From an uncultured delta proteobacterium (lineage in GTDB: Bacteria > Myxococcota_A > Polyangia > Polyangiales > Polyangiaceae): a stretch of DNA of 64,000 bases. The position numbers and the translations under genes were made by a program. The notes below the pieces were generated by a model. That model was given only the letters and a program-made list of their open reading frames with translations, did not search any database and was not told where the DNA came from. Numbering within the stretch: position 1 is the first letter of the stretch; every line of letters begins with the position of its first letter. Positions 8,886 through 18,440 of the stretch are shown here, piece after piece. The stretch covers positions 4,114 to 68,113 of the forward strand of contig CAVOKF010000001.1 of NCBI GenBank assembly GCA_963696385.1. Reading direction: 5' to 3'.

Positions 8886-10680
8886 ATGAGCCTTCTCTCC
8901 AAGCTCTTCGCCCCCGCCACGAAGACCACGAAGACGGAGACTGATTCATCGACGACGACGCCGTCGAGCGCCGGCGACGAGGGGCCAACGATGAGACGAC
9001 CACCGAACGACGGCCGTGCCCCCCCCGCGGAACGACCGAGCTCGGTCACGCAGGAAGCGAAGCCTCCCGCTCCCCCGCCCGGGCGTCCGGACGCGAGTTC
9101 GGGAAAGCCCGGTTCGACGCGAGGGGTGCCTCCGGCGCGGCCTCCAGCGTCGCCGCCCGGTCCGCCTCCGGGATCCACCTCCTCCAAACCGGCAGTGGCA
9201 CCCCCGCCGCCGGCGGCTTCGCCCGCTGTGGTCGTGACGCGCGTGATTGACGTAGGCGGCAATCCGGCGCAACGCTCGCGTCCGCCCATGCCTCCGATCG
9301 TCATCGGCCCCCCTCCGGTCCCGTCGCCGGCCGGATCGAAGCCTCAACCGGCACCGTCTTCGGCGGAACCGCCCAAAGGCTTCCCCGCGGATCCGCGGCC
9401 CCAAGAATCCGCGGCCCCAAGAAGCGGCCCGGCCGGCCGCTTTGGAGCCGCAGCGGGTCCCGACCGCCGGACTGCCGGGGGCGGCAGCGGGGGCGTTGGA
9501 GACTGCGCGGGCGGCGGTCGCCCCTGGGCCCGCGCGGGCGCCGGTGGCGGAGCCGGCTCGGAGTTCGACGGCGGACTCTCCGCGCGTCGCCCCTGCCGAT
9601 CCCGCGCCCAAGCCCTTGCCGGAACCGGCGGGCGGCGCCTCCACGGCGTCGGCCGTTACGCCCCCGTCGACCCGCGACGATCCACCCGAGTCGTCGTCCA
9701 AACCCAACGGCGCGCGCGAGTCCATCGCGGACACGTTCGAGCGTCTGCTCAGCACCGAGGACGTCGAGGCTCGCTTGGACTTGCTCGAGCAATCTTCGGC
9801 TTCCGCCCCGGTGCCCGGGATGGCCCCGACCGATCTGTCGGAGGTGCGATCGCTCTTCGCGGAGCTCGCCGCCAACCACGTCCGCCCTGTGCGAGATTTC
9901 ATGATGGACGTGCGGTGGGGCGATGCCACGGTCGACTGGGTCGCGATCTGCGAGCCGGCGTTGCGGTCGCTTGCCCGCGCGGCCGACACGCTCGACCTCG
10001 GCGAAGTTCGACTGGCCCTCGATCGCTTCAGCGACGCGCTCGGCTCGGTTCAGTCCGACCCGGCGCGGACCGTGTCCGGCGAGCGGCGCGAACGACTGCT
10101 CGCCCGCTACGAGAACCTCAGTCGCGTGATGCCGCAGGCGTTCGCGCTCGAACTCGACCGGACGCAGCGCGAATCGGTCATTTTGCAGTCGCTCTTGCTC
10201 CAGGTCCCCGGCGTCAAGAAGATCACCATCGACAAGATGGTCGCGGCGGGGCTGTCGACGCTCGAAGCGATGTTTCTGGCGACGCCGGCGGACATCGTCG
10301 CCACGACGGGCATGGATGCATCGCTCGCGCAGCGAATCGTCGATCGGTTTCGTGCGCACAGAGACCAAGTCCAGGCCACGGTTCCGGACGCGACACGCGG
10401 GCGCGAACGCGATCGGATCGCCGAGCTGACGGCGCGGCTGCGGCGCGAACACGACGAGTACGAGCGTCTGGCGCAGGCGTGGTCCTCCGACGCGTCCGAC
10501 CGAAAGCGCCAGATCCGCAAGGCGCGCGCCCAGACGCTGCTCGACATCCAGGTGGGGCTCGCGCGTCTGGGCGAAGTCGATCGGCTCGCGCGCATCGAGC
10601 GCCTGCCGTTCGAAGCCAAGCTCGACGATCTCGAGTCGTTTCTCGAAGAAGCGTCCGACAAATACGCCGTGCAGCCATGA
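8886..10680 (+). pseudogene. Pro-rich protein with a C-terminal helix-hairpin-helix and coiled-coil region, interrupted by a 16-bp tandem duplication
   Basis: The 5' part is in the 8886 frame and the 3' part in the 9442 frame. Removing one 16-bp copy joins them as ..FPADPRPQEAARPAALEPQRVPTAGLPG.. . The HhH-like stretch is QVPGVKKITIDKMVAAGLSTLEAMFLATPADIV. Confidence 0.65.
9392..9423. repeat. Perfect 16-bp tandem duplication (tccgcggccccaagaa x2)
   Basis: Read directly: 9392-9407 is identical to 9408-9423. Confidence 0.95.
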
Positions 10681-10717
10681 GGCGAACACGACAGCGCAAC
10701 GCAACGTGGAGTGAGCC

Positions 10718-11920
10718 ATGCCCGAACTGACCGCCGACGTCGTTCTCAAGAAACTCAAGATTGGCGAGAAGGTCGAGCGCGCCGATCTGCGTGGCCTCGT
10801 CTTGTCGCGGGCCTTGCTCGAAGGCGCCAGTTTCCGCCGTTGCGACCTCGATGGCGCGAACCTCGAAGGGGCCCGGCTCGCCCGGGCGCTCTTCAAGAAC
10901 GCGAGCTTGCGCGAGGCCTTCCTGGCCGGCGCCGATCTGCGCGAAGCGAATCTCGAGAGCGCCGATCTCGAAGGGGCCAACCTGCAAGGCGCGAAGCTCA
11001 ACGGAGCGAACTTGAGCCGCGCGAACCTCGAGGGAGCGAACCTTCAGGGAGCGGACCTGTCGGGCGCCCGACTGACGCACGCCCAGCTCGAGTCGGCGAT
11101 GCTCGGCGGTGCTCGCCTGGTGGGCGCGCAGCTGGCGCACGCCGGGTTGAGCGAGACCGACATGACGACGGCGAAGCTCGACGACGCCGACCTCACGAGC
11201 GCCGACCTGTCGGGCGCCACCCTCGAGGAGGCGAGTCTCGCCCGCGCGCAGCTTCGCGAGGCGCAGCTCGACGGGGCGATTCTCACCCGAGCCGACCTGA
11301 CGGGTGCGGACTTGCGGCGGGCAAAGCTCGAGGGTGCGCGCCTCGACGGGGCGATCCTGACCGGAGCGCACGTCCATGGCTTGGTGGGCACGGGCGAGCC
11401 GGTCTCCGGCGTTCGCGCCGACTACCTCGACGACAGCGTCGACGCATCCGGCACGGGCAAAGTCACGGGCGACGCCATCTTCGCTCTGCTCTCCGGCCGT
11501 GTGGTCGTGTCGTCGGTGGGCCCCGCCAACAAGCGTTTCTTCGGGCGAGGCGACATCTTGCGCAACGCGCACCTCGAGTTCGACGCAGGGGCTTCGGTCG
11601 AGATTGAGAGCTTGTTCGAGCACTGCACCATCGCGCTCGGCGAGGCGACCGAGCTCGTCGTCGGCAAAGGCGGCGTCCTTTCCGGCTGCCAGATCATGGG
11701 GCCGGGCCGCGTCACGATTCACGGCAAGTTCGTCGAGCAGGAGAGTCCGGGCATCGCGGGGGCGACGCAGCTGGTCGTCACCGCCGGGGGCTCGCTGGTG
11801 GGCGCGGTGGAACAACCGGCCGGCTTGACCCGGTTTGGCTTCGAGCCCGGCTGCGTGCTCCGCGTTAAAATTCAGCCATTCAAGACGGAAAGACACACGA
11901 ACAGCGGGAGGCCGCGATGA
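10718..11920 (+). CDS. Pentapeptide-repeat protein with a C-terminal beta-helix-like region
   Basis: About 230 aa of A(D/N)LxG-type pentapeptide repeats (ANLEGANLQGADLSGARL..), then a G/V-rich repetitive C-terminus. A GGAG RBS precedes the ATG. Confidence 0.85.
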   Translation: MPELTADVVLKKLKIGEKVERADLRGLVLSRALLEGASFRRCDLDGANLEGARLARALFKNASLREAFLAGADLREANLESADLEGANLQGAKLNGANLSRANLEGANLQGADLSGARLTHAQLESAMLGGARLVGAQLAHAGLSETDMTTAKLDDADLTSADLSGATLEEASLARAQLREAQLDGAILTRADLTGADLRRAKLEGARLDGAILTGAHVHGLVGTGEPVSGVRADYLDDSVDASGTGKVTGDAIFALLSGRVVVSSVGPANKRFFGRGDILRNAHLEFDAGASVEIESLFEHCTIALGEATELVVGKGGVLSGCQIMGPGRVTIHGKFVEQESPGIAGATQLVVTAGGSLVGAVEQPAGLTRFGFEPGCVLRVKIQPFKTERHTNSGRPR

Positions 11921-12363
11921 CGGATCCGACAAGCGATCGGAAGACCACGGTGGAAGAAGGGACTCAGTTCAAAGGGTCGCTGTCCTCGAAATGTCCGGTC
12001 GAAGTGAAAGGGCGTATCGAAGGCGATCTGACGGCACCCTCTCTCTTCGTGAGCTCCACGGGGGCGGTGCACGGGCGCGTGAAGGTGGGCGAAATTCGAT
12101 CGCAAGGCGAGATCGCGGGCGAGTTCGACGCCAACATCGTGCAGCTCTCCGGGACCGTGAAAGACAACACGATTGTCCGAGCCAAGTCGCTCGAAGTGAA
12201 GTTGTCGTCGCAGGACGGCAAGATGCAGCTCGTCTTCGGTGAATGCAGCCTCGAAATAGGCGCCAATCCGACGCAGCCCGAGGCTGCAGCGCGTCCGCCC
12301 GAGCCGCCGCCGCCGCCCAAAGCGACGAGCGTGCGACCGCCGGCCGGCCCGAACGGCGCGTAG
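11917..12363 (+). CDS. Bactofilin (polymer-forming cytoskeletal protein, DUF583) with a Pro-rich tail
   Basis: The sequence GTQFKGSLSSKCPVEVKGRIEGDLTAP.LFVSSTGAVHGRVKVGEIRSQGEIAGEF..VQLSGTVKDNTIVRAKSLEV is typical of a bactofilin core. Its ATG overlaps the upstream stop as ATGA. Confidence 0.8.
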   Translation: MTDPTSDRKTTVEEGTQFKGSLSSKCPVEVKGRIEGDLTAPSLFVSSTGAVHGRVKVGEIRSQGEIAGEFDANIVQLSGTVKDNTIVRAKSLEVKLSSQDGKMQLVFGECSLEIGANPTQPEAAARPPEPPPPPKATSVRPPAGPNGA

Positions 12364-12473
12364 TCGCGGTCGGGTGGTCGGGGGCGCAGCCAGTCTCGCA
12401 AGATATTTCCGTGGCGTCGGTGTGGCGGCGCCGCGAGTTTTGCGTTTCGTCGGCGCGATGAAACCGAAATGAC

Positions 12474-14975
12474 ATGCGCGGTCGTGCATTGTGCGATCCC
12501 ACTTGGGGCGGAGGTTGGGTGGAGACGATCGAGGGCAGAGGACTCGTGCCTGGGACGCTGGTCGCGGGCGCCTATCGCATCGTGCGGCCGCTCGCCGAGG
12601 GCGGGATGGGCGTGGTCTACGAGGTCGAGCAAGTCGCCACGGCCGCCCGCCGCGCGCTCAAGGTGATGCACGGACGATTCGCTGCGGACGCGACGCTCCG
12701 GGCGCGGTTCGTGCGCGAGGCGCGCCTGGCGGCGTCGATATCGAGCGACCATGTCGCCCAGGTATTGGACGCCGGTCAGGACGAGGCGAGCGGTGCACTT
12801 TTCATCGTGATGGAGCTGCTCGACGGCGTGACGCTGGGTCGCGAAATCCGTGAGAGCGGAGCGTTCGGGTGGACTTCGGCGCTCATGATTCTGGGCCAGA
12901 TCGCCCACGCGCTGGGGGCGGCGCATGCGCGCGGCATCGTCCATCGCGACCTCAAGCCCGGCAACGTGGTCCTCACCCGCTCGCGCCACGCGGCGCTGCC
13001 GCTGACCGTCAAGCTGCTCGACTTCGGGATCGCCAAGGCGCTGGCCGACGTTTCGGTCGAAGCTACCGGGGTCGTGGTCGGTACCCCCGCGTGGATGGCT
13101 CCGGAGCAGACGATGGCCGGGGCGCCGATCGGCCCCCAGGCGGACGTGTGGTCCTTCGGGCTTCTCACGTTCATGGTTTTGACCGGGCACCACTACTTTC
13201 GGAGCGGCAACGCCAAGCTCGCGGCGACCGTGGCGGTGCTTCGCGAGGTCGTTCTGGATCCGCTCGTGCCGCCCTCGGACCGCGCTCGAGAGCTTGGCCT
13301 GGCCGATCGCTTGCCTGCCGGCTTTGACGGATGGTTCGAGCGGTGCGTCGACCGGTTGCCGGAACGCCGGTATGCCGGCGCGCTCGCCGCGTACGATGCG
13401 CTCGCGCTGTTGCCGGCGCCCGTGCCGTCGGAGCCCATCGCCGCTTGGCAAGACCGTCCGGCACCGCGGGCCATGACGGTCGACGTGGCCACGGCCGTCG
13501 AGGTCCCGTCCCCGTCGCGTCCGCTGGCTCCGTCGGTGCCGACGCATGCGGCGTCGACGCTCAGCGCGCCCCGTCCGTCCGGCGCGCCCCGGCGTCGAGC
13601 GGCCGGTCTTCTGGGCACGATCGCGGTTGCGATGGGGGTCGTCGTCCTGTCGGTCGGGTGGCGCTTGCGGTCGGTCGAGCTGCCGACCGTATCGCTGTCG
13701 ATGCCGTGGACGTTCGACGGGGCCGGTTCTGTCTTGCGGATCCACGGATCGAACACGATCGGCAGCGAGCTCGCGCCAGCGTTGGCCGAGGCCTTTCTGC
13801 AGCGCAAGACGGGCGCCTCCGCGATCGTGCGAAGGCGAACCGCGCCCGACGAGATCGTCGTCGAGGCTCGAAACGGCGATCGCACGATCGATGCGGTCGA
13901 GATTTCCGCGCATGGAACGGCCACGGCGTTTGCGGACCTCGCCTCGGGCCGGTGCGACATCGGAATGGCGTCGCGCCGCATTCGGCCCGACGAAGTCGCG
14001 GCGCTCGCGCGATGGGGCGACATGACGGCGGCCGCCAGCGAGCACGTCATCGCGCTCGATGGAATCGCGGTGATCGTCAACCCCAAAAACGTCGTTTCGG
14101 CGCTGACCAAGCGGCAGATCGGCGACATTTTCACGGGCGAAATCCGGACTTGGTCCGACGTGGGCGGGAGCGCCGCGCCGATTGCCGTGCACGCGCGCGA
14201 CGGCAAGTCCGGCACGTTCGACACCTTCAAGCAGCTGGTCGTCGGCGCGGGCGCTTTGACCGAACGCGCGGTCCGGCACGAATCGAGCGAGGAGCTGTCG
14301 GATGCGGTCGCCGCCGACGAGTGGGCCATCGGTTTCATTGGGCTTCCGTACGTCCGGAGCGCGAAAGCGGTCATGGTGAAAGACGGACCTTTGCCGCCCC
14401 TCGTCCCGTCGCGCCTGACCGTGTCGACCGAGAGCTATCCGCTGGCCCGGCGGCTCTACCTCTACGTTCCGCTCGCCGCGTCCACGGTCGCACACGACTT
14501 CGTCGACTTTGCTCAATCGGCGGAAGGCCAGCGGATCGCGCAGGCGACCGGGTTCGTCGACCTGCGTCCGACGTGCGACCCGACTCCGCCCGAGTGCACG
14601 TCGTGCCCGCGCGAATATCGCGACTCGGTTCGCGGCGCGTGCCGCGTGTCGTTGGATTTCCGGTTCGATCACGACCACGACCGGCTCGACGCGCGAGCCC
14701 TCGCCGACGTGCAGCGTGTCGTGGCGATGATGGATCACCCCGACCTGGCTGGGCGGTCCGTTCTGCTCTTGGGTTTCGCCGACGCGCTCCCCGCTCGCAC
14801 CGACGCGTCCGCGGTGGCGCAAGAGCGTGCCGAGGCGGTCGCTTCTCAGCTGCGCGCGCGCGGGCTTCGCGTGGGCGTCGTGCGCGGCTTCGGCGCGACG
14901 CTCCGTTCTGCCGGCGATCGCAGTCCAAGGGCGGATTCCGATGCGACCGAGCGCGTCGAAGTGTGGATGCAGTGA
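12474..14975 (+). CDS. Ser/Thr protein kinase fused to a TM segment, a PstS-like periplasmic binding domain and an OmpA-like C-terminal domain
   Basis: Kinase motifs are GGMGVVYEV, HRDLKPGNV, DFGIAK and GTPAWMAPE. The TM segment is LLGTIAVAMGVVVLSV. The PBP_like_2 pattern is RIHGSNTIG..ALDGIAVIVNPKN..LTKRQIGDIFTGEIRTWSDVGG..ARDGKSGTFDTF. The OmpA-like tail is LLLGFAD....ERAEAV. Confidence 0.85.
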   Translation: MRGRALCDPTWGGGWVETIEGRGLVPGTLVAGAYRIVRPLAEGGMGVVYEVEQVATAARRALKVMHGRFAADATLRARFVREARLAASISSDHVAQVLDAGQDEASGALFIVMELLDGVTLGREIRESGAFGWTSALMILGQIAHALGAAHARGIVHRDLKPGNVVLTRSRHAALPLTVKLLDFGIAKALADVSVEATGVVVGTPAWMAPEQTMAGAPIGPQADVWSFGLLTFMVLTGHHYFRSGNAKLAATVAVLREVVLDPLVPPSDRARELGLADRLPAGFDGWFERCVDRLPERRYAGALAAYDALALLPAPVPSEPIAAWQDRPAPRAMTVDVATAVEVPSPSRPLAPSVPTHAASTLSAPRPSGAPRRRAAGLLGTIAVAMGVVVLSVGWRLRSVELPTVSLSMPWTFDGAGSVLRIHGSNTIGSELAPALAEAFLQRKTGASAIVRRRTAPDEIVVEARNGDRTIDAVEISAHGTATAFADLASGRCDIGMASRRIRPDEVAALARWGDMTAAASEHVIALDGIAVIVNPKNVVSALTKRQIGDIFTGEIRTWSDVGGSAAPIAVHARDGKSGTFDTFKQLVVGAGALTERAVRHESSEELSDAVAADEWAIGFIGLPYVRSAKAVMVKDGPLPPLVPSRLTVSTESYPLARRLYLYVPLAASTVAHDFVDFAQSAEGQRIAQATGFVDLRPTCDPTPPECTSCPREYRDSVRGACRVSLDFRFDHDHDRLDARALADVQRVVAMMDHPDLAGRSVLLLGFADALPARTDASAVAQERAEAVASQLRARGLRVGVVRGFGATLRSAGDRSPRADSDATERVEVWMQ

Positions 14976-14976
14976 C

Positions 14977-16389
14977 TTACGCGGGCTCACCCTCGAAGCC
15001 GGCGACCGCCACGGCGCGGGCTTGCGCGACGAGCGCGGGGACCGCGGGGGGTCGAACGCTCGCGAGCGGCGCGGACTCAATCCAGCGTTCGAGATCGCCG
15101 AGAGCGCGCGCCGCCAAAGCCTCGTAGCGGTCGCGCTTCTTCACGCGCCGGTCGGGCAAGGGGGGCACCCACGCCCACGTCACGTTCGAGGGCTGGTACG
15201 GGTCGGCCGCCCGCGCGAGATGCGACAGAAGGCCGCCGAGCGCGGTCGTGGGCGGCGGCGGCGTCACGACGTGGCCCCGGAGCGACTGAGCGAGCATCAC
15301 GGCGCACACGAAGCCCGACGCGCAACTCTCGACGTATCCCTCGACGCCGGTGATTTGCCCGGCCAAAAATACGCCGGGCCGGGTCCGGATCTGCATGCGT
15401 CGGTCGAGCATGCGCGGAGCGTGGACGAAGGTGTTGCGATGGACGCTGCCGTAGCGCAGAAATTCGGCCGATTCGAGGCCCGGGATCCCCCGTAGCACCC
15501 GAGCCTGCTCGGGCCAGGTCATCCGCGTCTGAAAGCCCACCAAGTTGTACGCGGTCGCCGCGACGTCTTCGGGGCGCAGCTGGACGACGGCGAACGGGCG
15601 GTGACCGGTGCGAGGGTCGGTCAATCCCACGGGCTTCATGGGCCCGAACGCCAGGGTCATTTCGCCGCGCGATGCCATGACTTCGATCGGCAGGCACCCC
15701 TCGAAGTACCGGACGTCCTCGAAGCTGCGCGGTTCGACTTTCTGGGCGGTCCCGAGTTCGCGTGCGAACGCGCGGTACTGCGCCTCGTCCATCGGACAGT
15801 TGACGTACGCCTCGTCGGCCCCAGGCTCGACTCCCTTGCCGTACCGCGACTGTTTGAAGACGCGCGTCCAGTCGATCGACTCGGCGCTCACGATGGGAGC
15901 AATCGCGTCGTAATACGCCAGATGCTCGCTGCCGATAGCGCGCGCGAGATCCGCGGCCAGATCGTCGCCGGTGAGCGGTCCGGTCGCGAGGACCACCGGC
16001 GATTCGGTCGGGTCGGGGATCGCATGCACCACCCGCCGATCGATCGCGATGCGTCGATGGGCTTGCAGCCGGCCGGTGATCGTGGCCGAAAACGCGTCGC
16101 GATCGACCGCCAGAGCGCCCCCGGCCGGGACCCGGGTGATGTCGGCGCACGCCAGAACGAGCGATCCGGCGCGCCTGAGCTCCTCTTTGAGCAGTCCGAC
16201 CGCGTTCGACAGCGAGGCGCCTCGCAACGAATTGGAGCACACGAGCTCGCAAAACGCGTCGGTCGACTGCGCGGCCGTCCGCGCGTGCGGCTTCTGCTCG
16301 ACGAGCCGCACATCGATCCCGCGCTCGGCGAGCTGCCAGGCCGCCTCGCAGCCGGCGAGGCCGGCGCCGACGAGGGTGACCGCGGGCAT
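14977..16389 (-). CDS. trmFO: Methylenetetrahydrofolate-tRNA-(uracil-5-)-methyltransferase TrmFO
   Basis: Full-length 470-aa match to the TrmFO/Gid pattern: [48 protein letters not shown]. Confidence 0.9.
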   Translation of the reverse strand: MPAVTLVGAGLAGCEAAWQLAERGIDVRLVEQKPHARTAAQSTDAFCELVCSNSLRGASLSNAVGLLKEELRRAGSLVLACADITRVPAGGALAVDRDAFSATITGRLQAHRRIAIDRRVVHAIPDPTESPVVLATGPLTGDDLAADLARAIGSEHLAYYDAIAPIVSAESIDWTRVFKQSRYGKGVEPGADEAYVNCPMDEAQYRAFARELGTAQKVEPRSFEDVRYFEGCLPIEVMASRGEMTLAFGPMKPVGLTDPRTGHRPFAVVQLRPEDVAATAYNLVGFQTRMTWPEQARVLRGIPGLESAEFLRYGSVHRNTFVHAPRMLDRRMQIRTRPGVFLAGQITGVEGYVESCASGFVCAVMLAQSLRGHVVTPPPPTTALGGLLSHLARAADPYQPSNVTWAWVPPLPDRRVKKRDRYEALAARALGDLERWIESAPLASVRPPAVPALVAQARAVAVAGFEGEPA

Positions 16390-16502
16390 ACGAGCCGCCT
16401 AGCATGGGGCCGCGACAGGGGCATCGGCTCGGGCGGGCGCTCGATCGGCGCGTCGAGCGTTTCCTGGCCGCGCACACGCGCCGGCCATTCGCGCGATCGC
16501 CT

Positions 16503-17465
16503 TCAGACGTCGCCGAGGCCGGGGCCGGCGGGGCCGGGCGGTGCGCCGCCGGAGGCCGTCAGCGTCTGCTCCCGAAGCTGCTTGAGCGAAGCGTGCGGCG
16601 CGAATCCGTGCGGCATGGCCGCGATGGCCGCGTCCGCGTCCGCGACTCGCCCTTCGAGGAGAAAGCCGAACGCCAACAGTTGAAGCGCTTCGGCGCGAAG
16701 CGGCGTAGTCTTGGCCCCGAGAGCCACCGGCCGCGCGATCTCGACGATGCGCGTCGCGTTCTTGGCTTCCAGCGCGGCATAGGCCCGTTCGAGGCCGGCG
16801 CGCATCGGTGCGTCGTGCTCGTTGTCGGCGAGATCCTTGAGACCGCGCCAGTTGGTGGCGACAAACGACGTCGCGATCAGGGTCGTCCACCACGATTGCA
16901 TGACGAGGGCGAGGCCCACCGCCCCGAGGGCGCACGCGATCGACACGATCCGGGCAGGCCGTTCGCCGCGGCCTGCCGTCAGCGCATTGAGCACCTGGGT
17001 CAAGACGTTGCCTCCGTCGAGCGGAAGCATCGGAAGCAGATTCAGAATCCCCCATCCGATGTTGATCCAGGTCAAGGTCCCGAAGACGAACGCGCCGAAC
17101 GGTCCCGGAAAGACTCCGTCGACCGACCGGTGGAGCAGCACCACGAACCCGCCCAGCGCGAATCCGGCCGCCGGTCCCGCAAGGCTGATCGCGATGCGCT
17201 GCGCCGCGGTAAGCGCGCGCGATTTGGCCCACGATGTCGTGCCCCCCATGCCGTGAAGCTGGATGCGCGGTTCGAGTCCGAACGCGATACCCATCCCGGC
17301 GTGACCGAGCTCGTGCAGGAGCACGGAACCGAGCATGATGGCGATCCACGCGCCCATCCGGGCCGGGTTGAAGTGATCGAGGTCGGGGCCGAGCAAAACC
17401 GCGACGACGAAGAACCAGGGGAGAACGTCAACGGGAATCTTGCCGATCCGGAAATGGAGCACCAT
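16503..17465 (-). CDS. Peptidase M50 family membrane metalloprotease
   Basis: From the ATG at 17465 the protein reads MVLHFRIGKIPV. It has the HELGH motif, NLLPMLPLDGG and multiple TM segments. Confidence 0.8.
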   Translation of the reverse strand: MVLHFRIGKIPVDVLPWFFVVAVLLGPDLDHFNPARMGAWIAIMLGSVLLHELGHAGMGIAFGLEPRIQLHGMGGTTSWAKSRALTAAQRIAISLAGPAAGFALGGFVVLLHRSVDGVFPGPFGAFVFGTLTWINIGWGILNLLPMLPLDGGNVLTQVLNALTAGRGERPARIVSIACALGAVGLALVMQSWWTTLIATSFVATNWRGLKDLADNEHDAPMRAGLERAYAALEAKNATRIVEIARPVALGAKTTPLRAEALQLLAFGFLLEGRVADADAAIAAMPHGFAPHASLKQLREQTLTASGGAPPGPAGPGLGDV

Positions 17466-17572
17466 GAGGTCGGCACCGCTTGCGAGCGTCTTCGGAGCGT
17501 ATAGCGTGTCATGACCGGCTCCGGCGCGCGAGGCGTCCCGTGGCCAATCGTGGTAGCTTGCAGGGTCAACCC

Positions 17573-18340
17573 GTGACCCACGATCACGATCTCGAACGGT
17601 TCCTGGCATTCGTTCGCCGCGAGCTCGGGGCACGAGAAGCGGTCGTGCTCGACGAGGCACCGCGGGAGCCCGCCGCCCTGGTTCGCGATCTTTGTTGCGA
17701 GCTGCCCGACGGCCGCTTCGTCGTCGCGCGCTTCGACGTCAACGTGCCCGAGCCCGCCGCCAAGCAGCGGCGCCTCGAGATGCTCGCGAGCACGTTCGGC
17801 GACTTGGCCGAAGAAGGCAAGCCGGGTCGTACGTCTCGGCCGCCGGCTGCTCGTTCGCTGCAGGAGGAGCTGAAATCCGTGACCGTTCGCGCCGGCGCGG
17901 TCAACGCACTGGTCATCGACGCCAATTCGCCGGTCCTGTGGGGCGCGGCGCGCCCCGACGGGCTCGGGTCCGAATGGCCGGTGGCCGGCGGCGAGGGCGA
18001 GCTGCCCGATGCCGCGCCCGATGTGGCGCAGGTCGCGCTCGTGTCGCGCGCCGCGCTCAAGAGGGTGCTTGCCGTCGCCGATCTCGCCGGGTTGAGAAAG
18101 GGCAGACACGTTCGGCACGTCGAAAGAGACGGGCCGGAAGCCTTCGCGGCGCATTCGTTCGCGGGCATCTACCTGCTCATCCTGGCCTTCGAGGCGCCGT
18201 TCGACGAGCTGCGCGCCGAGCGAGCCATCGTCGAGTCGCTGCCGCGCATCGAGCAGCTCGTTCTCGCGCTGCCGCCGCTCGACCCTTCCCCGGTCGCCGG
18301 CGCGGCGGTCATCGCCATGCGGCACCGGCGTTCCCGTTAG
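17573..18340 (+). CDS. Hypothetical protein; the start is uncertain (GTG 17573 or upstream 17480)
   Basis: An open frame with protein-like composition, divergent from the M50 gene. I recognised no motif with confidence. Confidence 0.45.
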   Translation: MTHDHDLERFLAFVRRELGAREAVVLDEAPREPAALVRDLCCELPDGRFVVARFDVNVPEPAAKQRRLEMLASTFGDLAEEGKPGRTSRPPAARSLQEELKSVTVRAGAVNALVIDANSPVLWGAARPDGLGSEWPVAGGEGELPDAAPDVAQVALVSRAALKRVLAVADLAGLRKGRHVRHVERDGPEAFAAHSFAGIYLLILAFEAPFDELRAERAIVESLPRIEQLVLALPPLDPSPVAGAAVIAMRHRRSR

Positions 18341-18436
18341 CGTCGAGGTCGCGGTTAGGTCGCGTCGCGGTCGGGGTCGAGGTCGTCGAGGTCGCGGTAG
18401 TCGAGGTCGCGGTTAGGTCGCGTCGCGGTCGCGGTC
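18341..18436. repeat. GGTCG(A/C)G hexamer-based intergenic repeat containing a 32-bp perfect direct repeat
   Basis: gtcgaggtcgcggttaggtcgcgtcgcggtcg occurs at 18341-18372 and again at 18399-18430, between convergent genes. Confidence 0.9.
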
Positions 18437-18440
18437 GCCT

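Noticed and set aside
8886-10730. The 614-aa ORF 8886..10730 as the true full-length product.
   Set aside because: After about 9425 its translation becomes an Arg/Gly/Ala-rich string. The 9442..10680 frame gives a normal protein with an HhH motif. The switch coincides with the 16-bp duplication.
11964-15080. Very long antisense ORFs opposite well-supported genes: 11964..15080(-), 20422..23445(-), 25059..27305(-), 58420..61140(-), 61273..63117(-), 9301..11001(-), 10223..11932(-), 32675..34501(-), 664..2004(-).
   Set aside because: Their translations are Arg/Gly/Pro/Asp-rich low-complexity strings with no motifs. The opposite strand encodes clear kinase, ACAD, OmpA, TamB and ABC-F domains. Long stop-free antisense frames are expected at about 70% G+C.
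17269-17279. A tRNA T-arm-like string, ggttcgagtcc.
   Set aside because: It lies inside the M50 protease coding sequence and no acceptor or anticodon arms can be built around it.
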